A stretch of DNA of 64,000 bases from an uncultured Candidatus Saccharibacteria bacterium (GCA_964457775.1 CAYWEW010000004.1:24705-88704); one strand, 5' to 3'. Shown: positions 10,172-21,335, counted from the stretch's first letter. Program-made: numbers and translations. Notes: generated by a model not told the origin, from the letters alone.

Positions 10172-11113
10172 TTATTTATTACTAAAAAATTTCTTATAAT
10201 ATTCTGCTGTTTTCATTAATCCATCTTTAAGGCTAGTTTTTTTATCCCAACCTAAACTCTTTATTTTTGTACTATCAAGCGCGTGTTCCCTGGTCTCTGA
10301 AGCGTGTGACATTTCCACAATTTCAACACCTCCTTCATATCCAGCCACTTCACATATACTTTGCGCAACTTCATAAATAGTATGCTGTTGACCACCTATG
10401 CAATATATATCGCCTGGAGTTGCTTTTTCTTGCAAAAGCAACATTGCATCAATTAGGTCATCTATATAAATAAACTCTCTCAAACTATCTTTAAAAGAAG
10501 AGTAGACGACAGGTGCTTTGTTATCATAAACATGGGAAAATGACTTCGGTATTAATCTTGTACTATTTTGGTCACCTGGTCCATAGACATTAACAGTTCT
10601 AAAAATAATTACTGGAACTTTAAAACTTCTAAAATAATCTTGAGCTATAAAATCCTGACAAGCTTTTGCTGTTTCGTAAGTATTGCCAGGTAAAAAATGT
10701 GTTTCTTCATTGTATGGTGGTTCGGATCTTCCATATACTTTGTACGATGTACTTATAATAACCTTTTGAACTTTTACCTTGGAAATTCTAACTGCCTCAA
10801 GTAACGACGTTACTCCATAAACTGTATTTAGATACGAGGTTCTTGGATTTTTTGTATATTCAGAAACAATTGCCTCTCCGGCCAAATGATATATGTGAGT
10901 AACTTGGTGAGTTTGAAGAATATAAACCAAAAGTTCTACATTATTTATGTCCCCAACAACCGGAATAATTCTCTCTGAATTACCAAGATATTCGAAATTA
11001 TTACTTCTAGAAAGAAGGATGACTTTAGTTCTATCAGAATTAGATAACACTCTTTCAGTTAATGATCTACCTATAAAACCTGAAGCACCTGTTATTAGTA
11101 TAGTATTTGTCAT
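10172..11113 (-). CDS. NAD-dependent epimerase/dehydratase (4,6-dehydratase/reductase-like SDR)
   Basis: ILITGASGFIGRSL, SYKVYG (YxxxK) and C-terminal LGW motif. Start trimmed to MTNTIL. Confidence 0.6.
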   Translation of the reverse strand: MTNTILITGASGFIGRSLTERVLSNSDRTKVILLSRSNNFEYLGNSERIIPVVGDINNVELLVYILQTHQVTHIYHLAGEAIVSEYTKNPRTSYLNTVYGVTSLLEAVRISKVKVQKVIISTSYKVYGRSEPPYNEETHFLPGNTYETAKACQDFIAQDYFRSFKVPVIIFRTVNVYGPGDQNSTRLIPKSFSHVYDNKAPVVYSSFKDSLREFIYIDDLIDAMLLLQEKATPGDIYCIGGQQHTIYEVAQSICEVAGYEGGVEIVEMSHASETREHALDSTKIKSLGWDKKTSLKDGLMKTAEYYKKFFSNK

Positions 11114-11213
11114 TTTTAATATATGAAACTTATTATATATAAATACTAACACATTATTATAATTAATAACTAAAATGTACTTTGTTTTTAAATAATAGTA
11201 GAATAAATATTAT

Positions 11214-12176
11214 ATGAAACTACTAATTACTGGTGGGGCGGGGTTCATAGGCTCAAATTTTGTTCATTATATTTTTAATAAATATCCTGAATATGAAATT
11301 ATTAATCTTGATGCTTTAACTTATGCTGGCTGTAAAGAAAATTTAGAAATTTTTGAAAAAGATAGTAGGTATACATTTGTTCATGGTTCTATATGTGACA
11401 GATTGCTTGTTGATAGTCTAATGCAAAAAGTAGACGCAGTTGTTCATTTTGCAGCTGAATCTCATGTTGATAGGTCTATAGAAAATCCACAAGATTTTAT
11501 CATAACAAATATCGTAGGTACACATACACTTCTTCAATCTGCTTTACACAATGGGAATAAACGTTTTCATCATATTTCAACCGATGAAGTGTTTGGGCAA
11601 CTATCGGATACTGATGAGCCATTTTCTGAAACAACACCATATGACCCAAGAAGTCCATACAGTGCCTCCAAAGCTAGTTCAGACCATTTAGTTAGGTCTT
11701 ACTTTCATACATATGGTTTACCTATAACTATTTCAAATTGTTCAAATAATTACGGACAATATCACTTTCCAGAAAAGTTAATACCGCTTGCTATTACAAA
11801 TATTCTTAATAATAAAAAAGTTCCTATTTATGGCGATGGCATGCAAATAAGAGACTGGTTGCATGTTGAAGACCATTGTCGAGCAATTGATTTTATTTTA
11901 CATAAAGGCATTATAGGTGAAACATATTGTGTTGGAGGAGATAGTGAATACACCAATAAAGATCTTCTTCGCATTATTCTAAAGATTATGAATAAGGATG
12001 AGAGTCTTTTTGAATATGTAAAGGATAGGGCCGGACACGATAGGCGCTATGCTATTAATTTTTCCAAAATCGAAAAAGATCTTGGCTGGAAACCAATAAT
12101 TGATATAAAAACTGGACTAGAGAATACCATAAAGTGGTACAAAGAAAACGAAAAGTGGTGGAAAAACAAAAAGTAG
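11214..12176 (+). CDS. rfbB: dTDP-glucose 4,6-dehydratase
   Basis: ITGGAGFIGSNFV, HFAAESHVDRSI and YSASKASSDHLVRSY, full length. Confidence 0.9.
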   Translation: MKLLITGGAGFIGSNFVHYIFNKYPEYEIINLDALTYAGCKENLEIFEKDSRYTFVHGSICDRLLVDSLMQKVDAVVHFAAESHVDRSIENPQDFIITNIVGTHTLLQSALHNGNKRFHHISTDEVFGQLSDTDEPFSETTPYDPRSPYSASKASSDHLVRSYFHTYGLPITISNCSNNYGQYHFPEKLIPLAITNILNNKKVPIYGDGMQIRDWLHVEDHCRAIDFILHKGIIGETYCVGGDSEYTNKDLLRIILKIMNKDESLFEYVKDRAGHDRRYAINFSKIEKDLGWKPIIDIKTGLENTIKWYKENEKWWKNKK

Positions 12177-12212
12177 GTAAATGTGGTATAGTAATTAAAT
12201 AACTTGAATAAT

Positions 12213-12938
12213 ATGAAAGGAATTATTTTATCTGGCGGAGCAGGAACAAGACTTAGTCCATTAACCAAGGTAACATCTAAGCAACTTTTGCCTATATATA
12301 ATAGACCAATGATTTTTTATCCACTTAATACACTTATTAAAGCGGGTATAAAAGAAATTTTGATTATTGTAGCACCAGAAAAGGCCGGTGAATATCTGAA
12401 TCTTCTTGGTTCTGGTAAAAAGTTTGGTGTAAAATTTACATATGAAGTTCAAGACAAACCAAAAGGGCTACCTGAAGCATTTATTATTGGGGAAACTTTT
12501 TTAGGTAATGACGACGTTGTAATGATTCTTGGAGATAATATATTTGAAGAAGATTTATCTAAACACATAAGTTCATTTAAGAAAGGTGCACGCGTAGTCG
12601 CAAAAAAAGTTTCAGACCCTGAACGTTCTGGTGTTGTTGAGTTTGATAAAAATATGAAAGTTTTATCGATAGAAGAAAAACCAAAAAAACCAAAAAGTAA
12701 TTATATCATTCCTGGTTTTTATATTTGTGATTCTCGTGTTATTTCAATAGCAAAATCACTAAAACCTAGCAAGAGAAACGAGCTTGAGATTACTGATATC
12801 CTTAAACACTATTTGAAACTTGGAGAACTTGATGTTAGAAAAATAAATAAAAAATGGATTGATGCTGGAACGTTTGATTCTTTATTGAGTGCAAACATTC
12901 TTGCTCAAAAAAAACTACACAAAGATTTGATAATATAA
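12213..12938 (+). CDS. rfbA: glucose-1-phosphate thymidylyltransferase (short form)
   Basis: MKGIILSGGAGTRLSPLT, LGDNIF. ATG at 12213 (the listed 12204 is a TTG). Confidence 0.8.
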   Translation: MKGIILSGGAGTRLSPLTKVTSKQLLPIYNRPMIFYPLNTLIKAGIKEILIIVAPEKAGEYLNLLGSGKKFGVKFTYEVQDKPKGLPEAFIIGETFLGNDDVVMILGDNIFEEDLSKHISSFKKGARVVAKKVSDPERSGVVEFDKNMKVLSIEEKPKKPKSNYIIPGFYICDSRVISIAKSLKPSKRNELEITDILKHYLKLGELDVRKINKKWIDAGTFDSLLSANILAQKKLHKDLII

Positions 12939-12977
12939 ATAGTGTGGATTTAGGGAATATGATATATTGAATATATC

Positions 12978-14045
12978 ATGAAAAAAGCAATTATAACTGG
13001 AATAACAGGACAAGATGGGGCGTATTTAGCAAGGTTGCTTTTAGAAAAAGGCTATGAAGTGCACGGAATAAAACGCCGTAGCTCATTATTCAATACTGCT
13101 CGAGTTGATGACATATATGAAGACCAGCACACCGCCACACGATTCAAAATGCATTTTGGTGACCTGTCTGATACAAGTAGTTTGGTCCAAATCATAAAAG
13201 CAATACAGCCGGATGAAATTTATAACCTTGCTGCGCAATCACATGTAAAAGTTTCTTTTGAAATACCTGAATACACTGCTGATGTAGTTGCTGTTGGAGT
13301 GTTAAGAATATTAGAAGCTGTTCGCATTTGTGGCTTAGAAAAAACAACACGTATCTATCAAGCTTCTTCTTCTGAGATGTTCGGTGAGGTTCTCGAAACT
13401 CCACAAAAAGAAACTACTCCTTTTAATCCACGTAGTCCATATGGAGTTGCAAAAGTTTTTGGTTTTCAAATTATGAAAAATTATCGTGAGAGTTATGGTA
13501 TGTTTACCTCAAATGGAATACTTTTTAACCATGAAAGTCCAATGCGTGGTGAAACATTCGTAACAAGAAAAATTACTCGTGCTGTTGCGCGCATTTCACT
13601 TGGATTAGAGGAAATACTTTATCTTGGTAACTTAGATGCTAAACGCGACTGGGGTCATGCAAAGGATTACGTAGAGGCTATGTGGCTTATATTGCAACAT
13701 TCGTCCCCTGATGATTTTGTCATTGCAACTGGAGAACAATACAGTGTTAGAACTTTTGTTGAATTAGCTTTCAAGCATATTGGAGTTGATATTGTTTGGG
13801 AGGGAAAAGGTGTTGATGAAATAGGTAAAGATAAAAAAACTGGAAAGGTTGTTGTAAAAGTTGATGAGAAATATTATCGCCCAGCGGAAGTAGAAACACT
13901 TCTTGGGGATGCAACTAAAGCAAAAAAATTACTTGGTTGGACCCCAAAAATTAGCACCAAAGAATTACTTACAGAAATGATGATATATGACCTTGAAGAA
14001 GCAAAACGTGAAAAACACATAATTGATGGTGGTTTTAAAAAATAA
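12978..14045 (+). CDS. gmd: GDP-mannose 4,6-dehydratase
   Basis: [33 protein letters not shown] and [17 protein letters not shown]. Confidence 0.9.
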   Translation: MKKAIITGITGQDGAYLARLLLEKGYEVHGIKRRSSLFNTARVDDIYEDQHTATRFKMHFGDLSDTSSLVQIIKAIQPDEIYNLAAQSHVKVSFEIPEYTADVVAVGVLRILEAVRICGLEKTTRIYQASSSEMFGEVLETPQKETTPFNPRSPYGVAKVFGFQIMKNYRESYGMFTSNGILFNHESPMRGETFVTRKITRAVARISLGLEEILYLGNLDAKRDWGHAKDYVEAMWLILQHSSPDDFVIATGEQYSVRTFVELAFKHIGVDIVWEGKGVDEIGKDKKTGKVVVKVDEKYYRPAEVETLLGDATKAKKLLGWTPKISTKELLTEMMIYDLEEAKREKHIIDGGFKK

Positions 14046-14058
14046 CATAACTTTAATT

Positions 14059-15006
14059 ATGGATAAAAATTCTCTTATTTATATAGCAGGACATAATGGA
14101 ATGGTAGGTAGTGCTATTGTTCGAGATTTAAAAGAAAAAGGTTTTACTAATATCATTACAAAAAAAAGAAATGAGCTTAATCTTCTTAGTCAATCAGATG
14201 TAGATTCTTTTTTTGAAAAAAATAAACCAGAATATGTTTTTCTTGCTGCTGCAAAAGTAGGAGGCATTATTGGTAATAGTGAATACCCGGCAGATTTTAT
14301 ATATGAAAATCTAATGATTGAATCAAATGTGATTAATGCTTCCTATAAAAATAAAGTGAGGAAATTACTCTTCCTTGGTTCATCGTGTATTTATCCAAAA
14401 TTCGCACCACAACCTATGACTGAGGATGTTCTTCTTACAAGTTCACTTGAACCTACAAATGAATATTATGCAGTAGCAAAAATTGCTGGTATAAAACTAT
14501 GTGAAGCTTATCGTCGTCAATATGGGTGTGATTTTATTTCTGTCATGCCAACTAATCTATATGGTAAGGGTGATTCTTATAATTTAAATAATTCTCATGT
14601 TATTCCTGCAATGATTAGAAAATTTCATGAAGCTAAAGAAAACAAATCCCCTACAGTAACTATTTGGGGAACAGGCAAACCAATGCGTGAATTTTTGTAT
14701 GCAGATGACTTAGCAAATGCATGTACATTCTTGATGGAAAATTACAGCGAAGAACAACACATAAATATTGGGACTGGTGTTGATGTCACTATAAAAGAAC
14801 TTGCGGAAACAGTTGGTGAGGTTATTGGTTATGAAGGTGAAATAATTTTTGACACAACTAAACCTGATGGAACTCCAAGAAAATTACTAGATGTAACAAA
14901 ATTACACAACCTCGGGTGGAAGCACACTATTGAATTAAAGGATGGACTTAAAATGGCATATAATGAATTCTTAACAGAATTATCAAATTCTTCTCTGCGT
15001 AGTTAG
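14059..15006 (+). CDS. fcl: GDP-L-fucose synthase
   Basis: [23 protein letters not shown] and [11 protein letters not shown] at 14059 chosen to avoid overlap with gmd. Confidence 0.85.
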   Translation: MDKNSLIYIAGHNGMVGSAIVRDLKEKGFTNIITKKRNELNLLSQSDVDSFFEKNKPEYVFLAAAKVGGIIGNSEYPADFIYENLMIESNVINASYKNKVRKLLFLGSSCIYPKFAPQPMTEDVLLTSSLEPTNEYYAVAKIAGIKLCEAYRRQYGCDFISVMPTNLYGKGDSYNLNNSHVIPAMIRKFHEAKENKSPTVTIWGTGKPMREFLYADDLANACTFLMENYSEEQHINIGTGVDVTIKELAETVGEVIGYEGEIIFDTTKPDGTPRKLLDVTKLHNLGWKHTIELKDGLKMAYNEFLTELSNSSLRS

Positions 15007-15068
15007 TGTTATATTAGTTAAATATGTATTAGTATCTATTTTATTTTAACTCTGTTAAAATAAAATAA

Positions 15069-16496
15069 TTGTCTATGAAAAACATTATTTATCCTGTTAT
15101 TTTAGCTGGTGGTTCAGGCACAAGATTATGGCCACGCTCTAGAGAAAAGAGTCCTAAGCAATTCATTCCTCTTATTGAGGGAAGAAGTTTATTCCAAGAA
15201 ACATGTTTACGTTTTTCTGATAGAGGAATGTTTGCCTTTCCAACAATCATAACTCACGAAGAACATCGTTTTCTGGTACGAGATCAATTAAAAAAACTTG
15301 GCATTATTGATGCTAAAATTATCACAGAACCAGTTGCTAAAAACACATTAGCCGCCTGCTTATCTGCATCATATTTTTTAAAAAACACAGTTGGTAATAT
15401 TCCTATGCTGTTTACTCCTGCTGATCATATTACTTCTGAAGATGAACACCTATTAAATACACTTATGAACGCTCTACCCTTTGTTTTGGATGGGGCTATT
15501 TGTATTTTTGGAATTAAACCAAACACACCTAATACTGGTTATGGTTATATAACAAAAGGTAGTATTGTTAATAAAAATATATACAAACCCTCTTTGTTTA
15601 TAGAAAAACCAGAAAAGGAAAGGGCTATTGAACTTATAAAAGATGGAGCTCTATGGAATTCAGGTTTGTATTTTTGTACTCCAGAAACTCTTGAAAGTGA
15701 AGCGACTAAGTATGCGCCTAATTTACAAAATTTATTAGGTAACTTTTTCTTAAAATTAAAAGAAAATACCCATGGTTTTAATGTTATCAATAAGGATGTT
15801 TATGATTCAATTATTCCAATTTCTATAGACAAAGGTATAACTGAGAAAACTGATAGATTAATTATTGCAGAAACTCCTATCATTTGGAATGATCTTGGCT
15901 CTTGGAAATCACTTCATGATCATTTCGACAAAAACGAACATGGAAATGTGATACGTGGAGATGCTGTCTTGCTTGAAACTAAAAATTCATACGTGGAAAG
16001 TACGAGTCGACTTGTTACTATTTTTGGAGTTGAAAGTATTGGTGTTATAGAAACATCTGATGCTGTTTTAGTATTTAACCTTAAAGAAAGTGAGTCGGTT
16101 AAGAAAATTGTTGAAAAATTAAATGAAGACAAGAGAGCGGAGCTTGATGTCCACACTACAGTACAAAAACCATGGGGAGAGTATGAAGTACTTGGAGACG
16201 AAGAACATTATAAGGCAAAGAAATTAACAGTTTATCCAGGAAGCGGAGGACTGAGCATTCAAAGACATAAAAGACGTGCTGAGCACTGGATTGTTGTTAG
16301 TGGCATAGCAACAGTAACATTAGACGATAAAGTTTTTGAACTACAAAAGAATGAATCGGTATTTATTCCTATGGGATCACTTCATCGACTTCAAAATAAT
16401 CATAATGAGGTACTTCAGCTCATTGAAGTTCAAACTGGGGATTATTTTGGCGAAGATGACATTGAAAGGTTTGGTGACACGTACGGAAGGTCTTAG
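15069..16496 (+). CDS. manC: mannose-1-phosphate guanylyltransferase / mannose-6-phosphate isomerase (bifunctional)
   Basis: PVILAGGSGTRLWP N-terminus plus C-terminal cupin KPWGEYE...QRHKRRAEHW. Confidence 0.85.
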   Translation: MSMKNIIYPVILAGGSGTRLWPRSREKSPKQFIPLIEGRSLFQETCLRFSDRGMFAFPTIITHEEHRFLVRDQLKKLGIIDAKIITEPVAKNTLAACLSASYFLKNTVGNIPMLFTPADHITSEDEHLLNTLMNALPFVLDGAICIFGIKPNTPNTGYGYITKGSIVNKNIYKPSLFIEKPEKERAIELIKDGALWNSGLYFCTPETLESEATKYAPNLQNLLGNFFLKLKENTHGFNVINKDVYDSIIPISIDKGITEKTDRLIIAETPIIWNDLGSWKSLHDHFDKNEHGNVIRGDAVLLETKNSYVESTSRLVTIFGVESIGVIETSDAVLVFNLKESESVKKIVEKLNEDKRAELDVHTTVQKPWGEYEVLGDEEHYKAKKLTVYPGSGGLSIQRHKRRAEHWIVVSGIATVTLDDKVFELQKNESVFIPMGSLHRLQNNHNEVLQLIEVQTGDYFGEDDIERFGDTYGRS

Positions 16497-16507
16497 AATA
16501 TAACTTA

Positions 16508-17860
16508 TTATTTATTTCCGAATATTGATTTAAAGAAAGCAATTAATCTTGTATCTTTAACTAGTTTAGTATGTGTTAAATTAGTAGATGTTGAATTTAT
16601 ACTATTTTTATTAGTACTTGTTGACACTTCGATAACACGACTACTTATTTTCTTTTGAATATTATTAACTGCTAATTTTGTAGAAGATAATACTTTATTT
16701 ATTTCTTCTCGACCGGATTGCACAACAATTCTTTGATTATCCTCTGTTACATTTTCCTCAATAACATATCTAGTTACTTCTTCCATTGTTGGAAAAAGTA
16801 TTTTAATAATTGTGCTGGTGCTTATAGTTGTACTTGCAAAGCCCATAGCCATGCTTGATATATGTGTCACACTATTACTAGCAAGTACAGTATTTTTAGG
16901 AAATGAAAAATTTGCTCCATCAACAGAAAGTTTCCATTGAGATAAGTCTAATTCGTAATTATTTGAATTTGAAATATCAATATATTTTCCGTATTTACCT
17001 GTGCCAATTTTTGCAATTGAAATTTCTGGTGTAACAACTCTAACCAACATTCGACCAGTACCTGTTACATATCCGTTTGTTCCTTCTACCGAAACAACAT
17101 ATTTCCCTGGATAAGCATATCTATATATCGTTGAACTACCTACCCCTTGCCCTCCATCACCATATGCCCATGTGTATGTAAGATTATCAATATTTTTCCC
17201 AGCATGATTTAGACCAAAAACTGAAAAATTTGTATCTGCTCCAGCAATTACAATTTTATCTTGAGGTAGATAAAGTACTATGTCTGCAAGTGGAGCCGAC
17301 ATCTGTGCTACTGTTGCTTGAGTATTTGTTATCGATACAGACGAAGATGTTGTACTATATTCTAATACTGATAACTGATTAGTATTTCCAGGAGTTGCAC
17401 TACCTCTTACCCACACACTATCTATTTTTGATAATGTACTTCCGTCATTATTACCACCAATAGAAACAGTATAATTAGTAGCATCTACTTCTTGACCACT
17501 AGAAGTCTGCTTAAGTGAGACGTGTTCACCAGAATTAGAAAGTGAGAAGGCACTGTCGTAAATAATTCCAGAATAGTTTGGATTGTCTTCTAGAAATTTT
17601 GTCGGATTATCTACAATGACGGCATAACCGCCTACTGGTAAAATTGACCCGCCTGAATAACTTGCAATGCTGTGATTTGTGTTACTTTCAAAAAACTTCC
17701 ATGAAGTAATATCTACACCACCACTCGTGTCATTGAATATTTCTATCCATTCACGTGAAGTATCAGACCCTAAAGGGTCATACATTACTTCAGAAATATA
17801 AATTGCCTCAACTTGAGAAACGTAACTTATTAATGAAAAAATAATAAGTAGTTTCTTCAT
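16508..17860 (-). CDS. secreted protein with lamin-tail-domain (LTD) and PKD-like domain
   Basis: Signal peptide MKKLLIIFSLISYVSQVEA. ISEVMYDP..EWIEIFN LTD signature. YTWAYGDG...YAYPGKYVV PKD-like stretch. Confidence 0.55.
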   Translation of the reverse strand: MKKLLIIFSLISYVSQVEAIYISEVMYDPLGSDTSREWIEIFNDTSGGVDITSWKFFESNTNHSIASYSGGSILPVGGYAVIVDNPTKFLEDNPNYSGIIYDSAFSLSNSGEHVSLKQTSSGQEVDATNYTVSIGGNNDGSTLSKIDSVWVRGSATPGNTNQLSVLEYSTTSSSVSITNTQATVAQMSAPLADIVLYLPQDKIVIAGADTNFSVFGLNHAGKNIDNLTYTWAYGDGGQGVGSSTIYRYAYPGKYVVSVEGTNGYVTGTGRMLVRVVTPEISIAKIGTGKYGKYIDISNSNNYELDLSQWKLSVDGANFSFPKNTVLASNSVTHISSMAMGFASTTISTSTIIKILFPTMEEVTRYVIEENVTEDNQRIVVQSGREEINKVLSSTKLAVNNIQKKISSRVIEVSTSTNKNSINSTSTNLTHTKLVKDTRLIAFFKSIFGNK

Positions 17861-17863
17861 AAA

Positions 17864-19771
17864 TTACTCCTCAATCAATTTTCTGAGAATATCTTCCGCC
17901 ACCTCCTTTCTTCTCTTTTCTTCTTCTTTATGTTTAATATTATTTTCTACTGATACCCTTTTAACTTCTTCTTGTTTCTTGTTTATTGAATCATCACTCT
18001 TATCCTTAACCTCTTCTTTTATTGGAGAATTTTCACTCAAAGCTTTTGCCAGAGCATCTTTAAGAGACATGGCTGGCTTATCATCAAATTGTGTTGTTTG
18101 TGGAGTTGTTTTTTGTGCAAATGTTTTTGAGTTATTTATCTGATTGTTGGTGTGAGTATGCTTTGAATATGAATTATGAGTGGATTTGTCTACATTTATT
18201 TTAACTTCTGTTTGTATAATTGGTTGAGTAACTTCAATTGCTACTGGCTTTATTTCTTGTTTAATAACCTCAACCACTTCTGGTTTCTTTTCAATTTCTA
18301 TCTTTTTTACATCATCATATCTTTTTAAATTATTATCAAATCTCTTAAGATTATCACTACGTTTTGGTGGGTAAGGATTATCGTTTTTATATTCATTAAC
18401 TTTCAAAAACTTTCCATCAGGCAAAGCCGTTTCTACTTTTGGTTTATCAACTTTTGGAACTGGTTTGTAGAATTCTGCAACCTCATCTTCAACCATAAAC
18501 TTTGGTTTTGCGTATGTTGTACGTGAAAAATTTATCACCGCTTGCATGTGCGACTGAACAGGTTTTTGTATTGGTGGAAGTGTCTTAGCAGAAAATGGTT
18601 TTGACCCCTGTCCATCAATCATAAGTCGTATATAAATTTGATAAGCTGACAGATTAACAAAATCATCTAGTATAAAAAATGGCGCGAATTCTTTCTCAAA
18701 TACTTCAGCGTCTGTAGCTCCAACACGAAATGTAATCATTGTTCCCACGTTTCCAAACACCGCAGCCTTAACATCATCGGTCATCTGCTCTATATATTGA
18801 TGTGCGACAGTAAGTGCAAGTTTATATTTTCTTGCCTCTGAAAGAATACTTGCGAATGATTCATTGGCAAAGTTTTGAAATTCATCCACATAAAAATAGC
18901 ACGGAGGTAATTTTTCTTGAGTAGTTAAATCGACATCTGCTCGTGACATTGCAGCCAAGTATATTTTAGTTATCAAAAGTGACCCGAGTAAATTAGCGTT
19001 CCCTTCTCCCACTTTTCCTTTAGAAAGATTCACAATAAAAATCTTCTTCTCGTCCATCATTTTACGTGCATCAAATGATGTCTTCTTTTGTCCAATAATA
19101 TTTCTAATTAATGGATTAGAAATAAACTGACCGATTTTATTTTGAATTGATGGTGCAAGTTCTTGTGCCGTTTTATCCGTATAATTTGCATATTCATTTA
19201 CCCAAAAATCTTTTACGGTTGGGTCAGTTACATTAGAAACAATAAATTTTCGATACTCTTTATCAAACAACATTCTGTTTACACCAAGAAGAGTTTGTCC
19301 GTCATTCTCCAGGAGGGCAAGGATAATATTATTAAGCACATACTCCATACGAGCAGAAAATGTTCCTTTACCGTCACCATCAGTAAATATTTTCTTAAAT
19401 GCTGACATCATACCGTTTGCAAGAAGATATCTTTTTTCTGCTGGAACTTTTTCTAACATATTAAGACCCATCGGAAACTCACCATCAAATGGCGCAAAAT
19501 AAACAACATCCTTAATACGTGACTCTGGAATATGGTCGAGCAACTTTTCAGCAAGTGAACCATGTGGATCAATAACGAAAACACCTTCACCGTTATTTAT
19601 ATCTTGTATAACTAAGTTTTCAATAAGAACAGATTTACCCATACCGGACTTACCAATGATATAAGAATGCTTTGTTCTATCTATTTCTTTGATACCAAAT
19701 GTAAGCTGTTTATTACGATAATCAATTTTGCCTATATAGGTAACTTTTTGTGATGGACGATCGTCTGACAT
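17864..19771 (-). CDS. DUF87/HerA-FtsK superfamily P-loop ATPase, TraG/VirD4-like, with Lys/Glu-rich low-complexity C-terminus
   Basis: HSYIIGKSGMGKSVLI..GVFVIDPHGS Walker A context. Conserved LTVAHQY...FGNVGTMITFRVG. Confidence 0.5.
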   Translation of the reverse strand: MSDDRPSQKVTYIGKIDYRNKQLTFGIKEIDRTKHSYIIGKSGMGKSVLIENLVIQDINNGEGVFVIDPHGSLAEKLLDHIPESRIKDVVYFAPFDGEFPMGLNMLEKVPAEKRYLLANGMMSAFKKIFTDGDGKGTFSARMEYVLNNIILALLENDGQTLLGVNRMLFDKEYRKFIVSNVTDPTVKDFWVNEYANYTDKTAQELAPSIQNKIGQFISNPLIRNIIGQKKTSFDARKMMDEKKIFIVNLSKGKVGEGNANLLGSLLITKIYLAAMSRADVDLTTQEKLPPCYFYVDEFQNFANESFASILSEARKYKLALTVAHQYIEQMTDDVKAAVFGNVGTMITFRVGATDAEVFEKEFAPFFILDDFVNLSAYQIYIRLMIDGQGSKPFSAKTLPPIQKPVQSHMQAVINFSRTTYAKPKFMVEDEVAEFYKPVPKVDKPKVETALPDGKFLKVNEYKNDNPYPPKRSDNLKRFDNNLKRYDDVKKIEIEKKPEVVEVIKQEIKPVAIEVTQPIIQTEVKINVDKSTHNSYSKHTHTNNQINNSKTFAQKTTPQTTQFDDKPAMSLKDALAKALSENSPIKEEVKDKSDDSINKKQEEVKRVSVENNIKHKEEEKRRKEVAEDILRKLIEE

Positions 19772-19795
19772 AATAAATAGTATATCAAAACTAGA

Positions 19796-19821
19796 GACTA
19801 GGTGTTAGGGACTAGGTGTTA
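19796..19821 (-). promoter_or_regulatory. tandem direct repeat (GACTAGGTGTTA x2) upstream of the DUF87 ATPase start
   Basis: gactaggtgtta ggg actaggtgtta lies 25-50 nt upstream of the start at 19771. Candidate operator. Confidence 0.3.
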
Positions 19822-19834
19822 AATAAATAATGCA

Positions 19835-19870
19835 AAAGTAAAACGCCATCTTGCGATGGCGTTTGAAAAA
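19835..19870 (-). terminator. Rho-independent terminator
   Basis: AAACGCCATC-ttgc-GATGGCGTTT followed by a T-run on the minus strand. Confidence 0.6.
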
Positions 19871-19901
19871 ATTCATCAACAGAAAAGTTTTTATTTTACT
19901 T

Positions 19902-20158
19902 TTATGCAACTTCTGTTTCTTGAACTTTTTTATTGGGACAATTTTTCTCGAGTGCAATGAGAATCAATTTCCTCAACTCTTCACGACGAACGAATAGGTT
20001 CTTTGAAAGCCCGAGACTAACTCCCGTCCTCGGGTCTTTTTTGTCCGCCAAACCAGCGTCAAGGAAAAGAAATTGCGTGAACACTTCTCTTGCATTCAAT
20101 TCGTTCACAGGAAGACTGAAATTTGGGCGGTGAAAACGGAGCAACTCTCTCGAACTCA
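19902..20158 (-). CDS. hypothetical small protein (85 aa) in the GC-rich island
   Basis: AGGGGA Shine-Dalgarno 7 nt before the ATG at 20158. The longer listed ORF start is unlikely. Confidence 0.4.
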
Positions 20159-20242
20159 TTTGTATTCCCCTTTTTAAGAACATACAGCCGAGACGGCCGA
20201 AACTATACACTACCATTTTTCTCAAAAATTGCAAACAGTATA

Positions 20243-20296
20243 AAAATAAAAAGACCCCCATCTCGCATGACATTGTCATTTGATTTGGGGGTCTGA
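20243..20296 (-). terminator. Rho-independent terminator of the SPFH gene
   Basis: AGACCCCCA...TGGGGGTCT stem with a nested ATGACAaTGTCAT palindrome, followed by TTTTATTTTT on the minus strand. Confidence 0.55.
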
Positions 20297-20311
20297 CCAA
20301 TTACGGTCTTG

Positions 20312-21256
20312 TTATGCAGCCTTCAGGCCAGCAGTCTTGCCGGCCTCGCTCGTCGTCGCCTTTACAGCTGCGACAGTGTTGATCAAGTCACCGGCTGAAC
20401 GTGTGTCGACGATGACCATGTTGCCGTGAGCAGCCGCATTCGAAATGGTATCCAGACGATTGGTCTCGTTTAGGAACTGCATCGCTTCTTGCGAAGTGAG
20501 TCCAGCTTTTGTCATCGTTTCCATCGCTTGCTCGAGACCCCTGGCCATTGCTTCACGCATCTTAGCCATACCTTCACCTTGAAGTCGCTTGCTTTCCGAC
20601 TCTGCTTCTGCAACACCAACGAGTTTGATACGCGCAGCTTCTGCTTCGTTCACAGCCGCTTCTTTGAACCTCTTTGAAGCGATGACGCGGTTGAATGCGT
20701 CACGTACATCGTCGCTCGGCTGCGGTTGGTCAACAAGAACATTCTCGATGATATAGCCATAGCGTTCAAACTGCGTACTCAGAGCCTCTTTCACCTGCCC
20801 TTCCAGCAACTCGCGATTGACGTAAAGTTCCACCATGTCCATACCCGACGCCGTCTGACGAACGTTGTTGAGTACGTATGAAGTGATCTGCACTTCTGGT
20901 TTCTCGAGTTCGTAATGTGCCTTAACGGCACCCACCGAATCATCGCTCGCACGATACTGCACCTTAACGGGAAGTGTCATGAAGGCGTCGTCCTTGGTCT
21001 TGACACTTACATTGGTCTTTGTTTCTTGTTGTTGCAAGTTGACGAAATGTCTAACCGATGTTATCGGCCAAGGCATCTTGAACTGTAGACCAGGCAAACG
21101 TGCACGTGCGTGCGGTTTCCCGAAGGTCTCGAGGATACCTGCCGTCTTTCCACGAACGATGAAGATCGAGGTGAAAATAAGCCAGAACGTAACGAGAACC
21201 ATGACCATTTTCCACGAGAAGATGAAACCGACGATGTTGCTTAGGATGATTTCCAT
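20312..21256 (-). CDS. SPFH/band-7 domain protein (stomatin/HflC-like)
   Basis: N-terminal TM segment, then ...DAFNRVIASKRFKEAAVNEAEAARIKLVGVAEAE. RBS-supported ATG at 21256. Confidence 0.75.
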   Translation of the reverse strand: MEIILSNIVGFIFSWKMVMVLVTFWLIFTSIFIVRGKTAGILETFGKPHARARLPGLQFKMPWPITSVRHFVNLQQQETKTNVSVKTKDDAFMTLPVKVQYRASDDSVGAVKAHYELEKPEVQITSYVLNNVRQTASGMDMVELYVNRELLEGQVKEALSTQFERYGYIIENVLVDQPQPSDDVRDAFNRVIASKRFKEAAVNEAEAARIKLVGVAEAESESKRLQGEGMAKMREAMARGLEQAMETMTKAGLTSQEAMQFLNETNRLDTISNAAAHGNMVIVDTRSAGDLINTVAAVKATTSEAGKTAGLKAA

Positions 21257-21306
21257 TGATTGAACTCCTGTAGTGGTTGACAAAAAACATCTATATAAAC
21301 AGATGT

Positions 21307-21335
21307 ACTATATCATGATTATAATATTTTGTCAA
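21307..21335 (-). promoter_or_regulatory. sigma70-like promoter of the SPFH gene
   Basis: On the minus strand: TTGACA, 17-nt spacer, TATAGT, then GGAG RBS and ATG. Confidence 0.4.

Noticed and set aside
14023-14058. Upstream start of fcl overlapping gmd
   Set aside because: ATG at 14059 follows the gmd stop and matches the conserved Fcl N-terminus ([14 protein letters not shown]).
15037-15067. AT-only hairpin TATTTTATTTTAAC-tctg-TTAAAATAAAATA between fcl and manC as a terminator or attenuator
   Set aside because: Stem has no G-C pairs and is not followed by a clear T-run. Left as an observation only.
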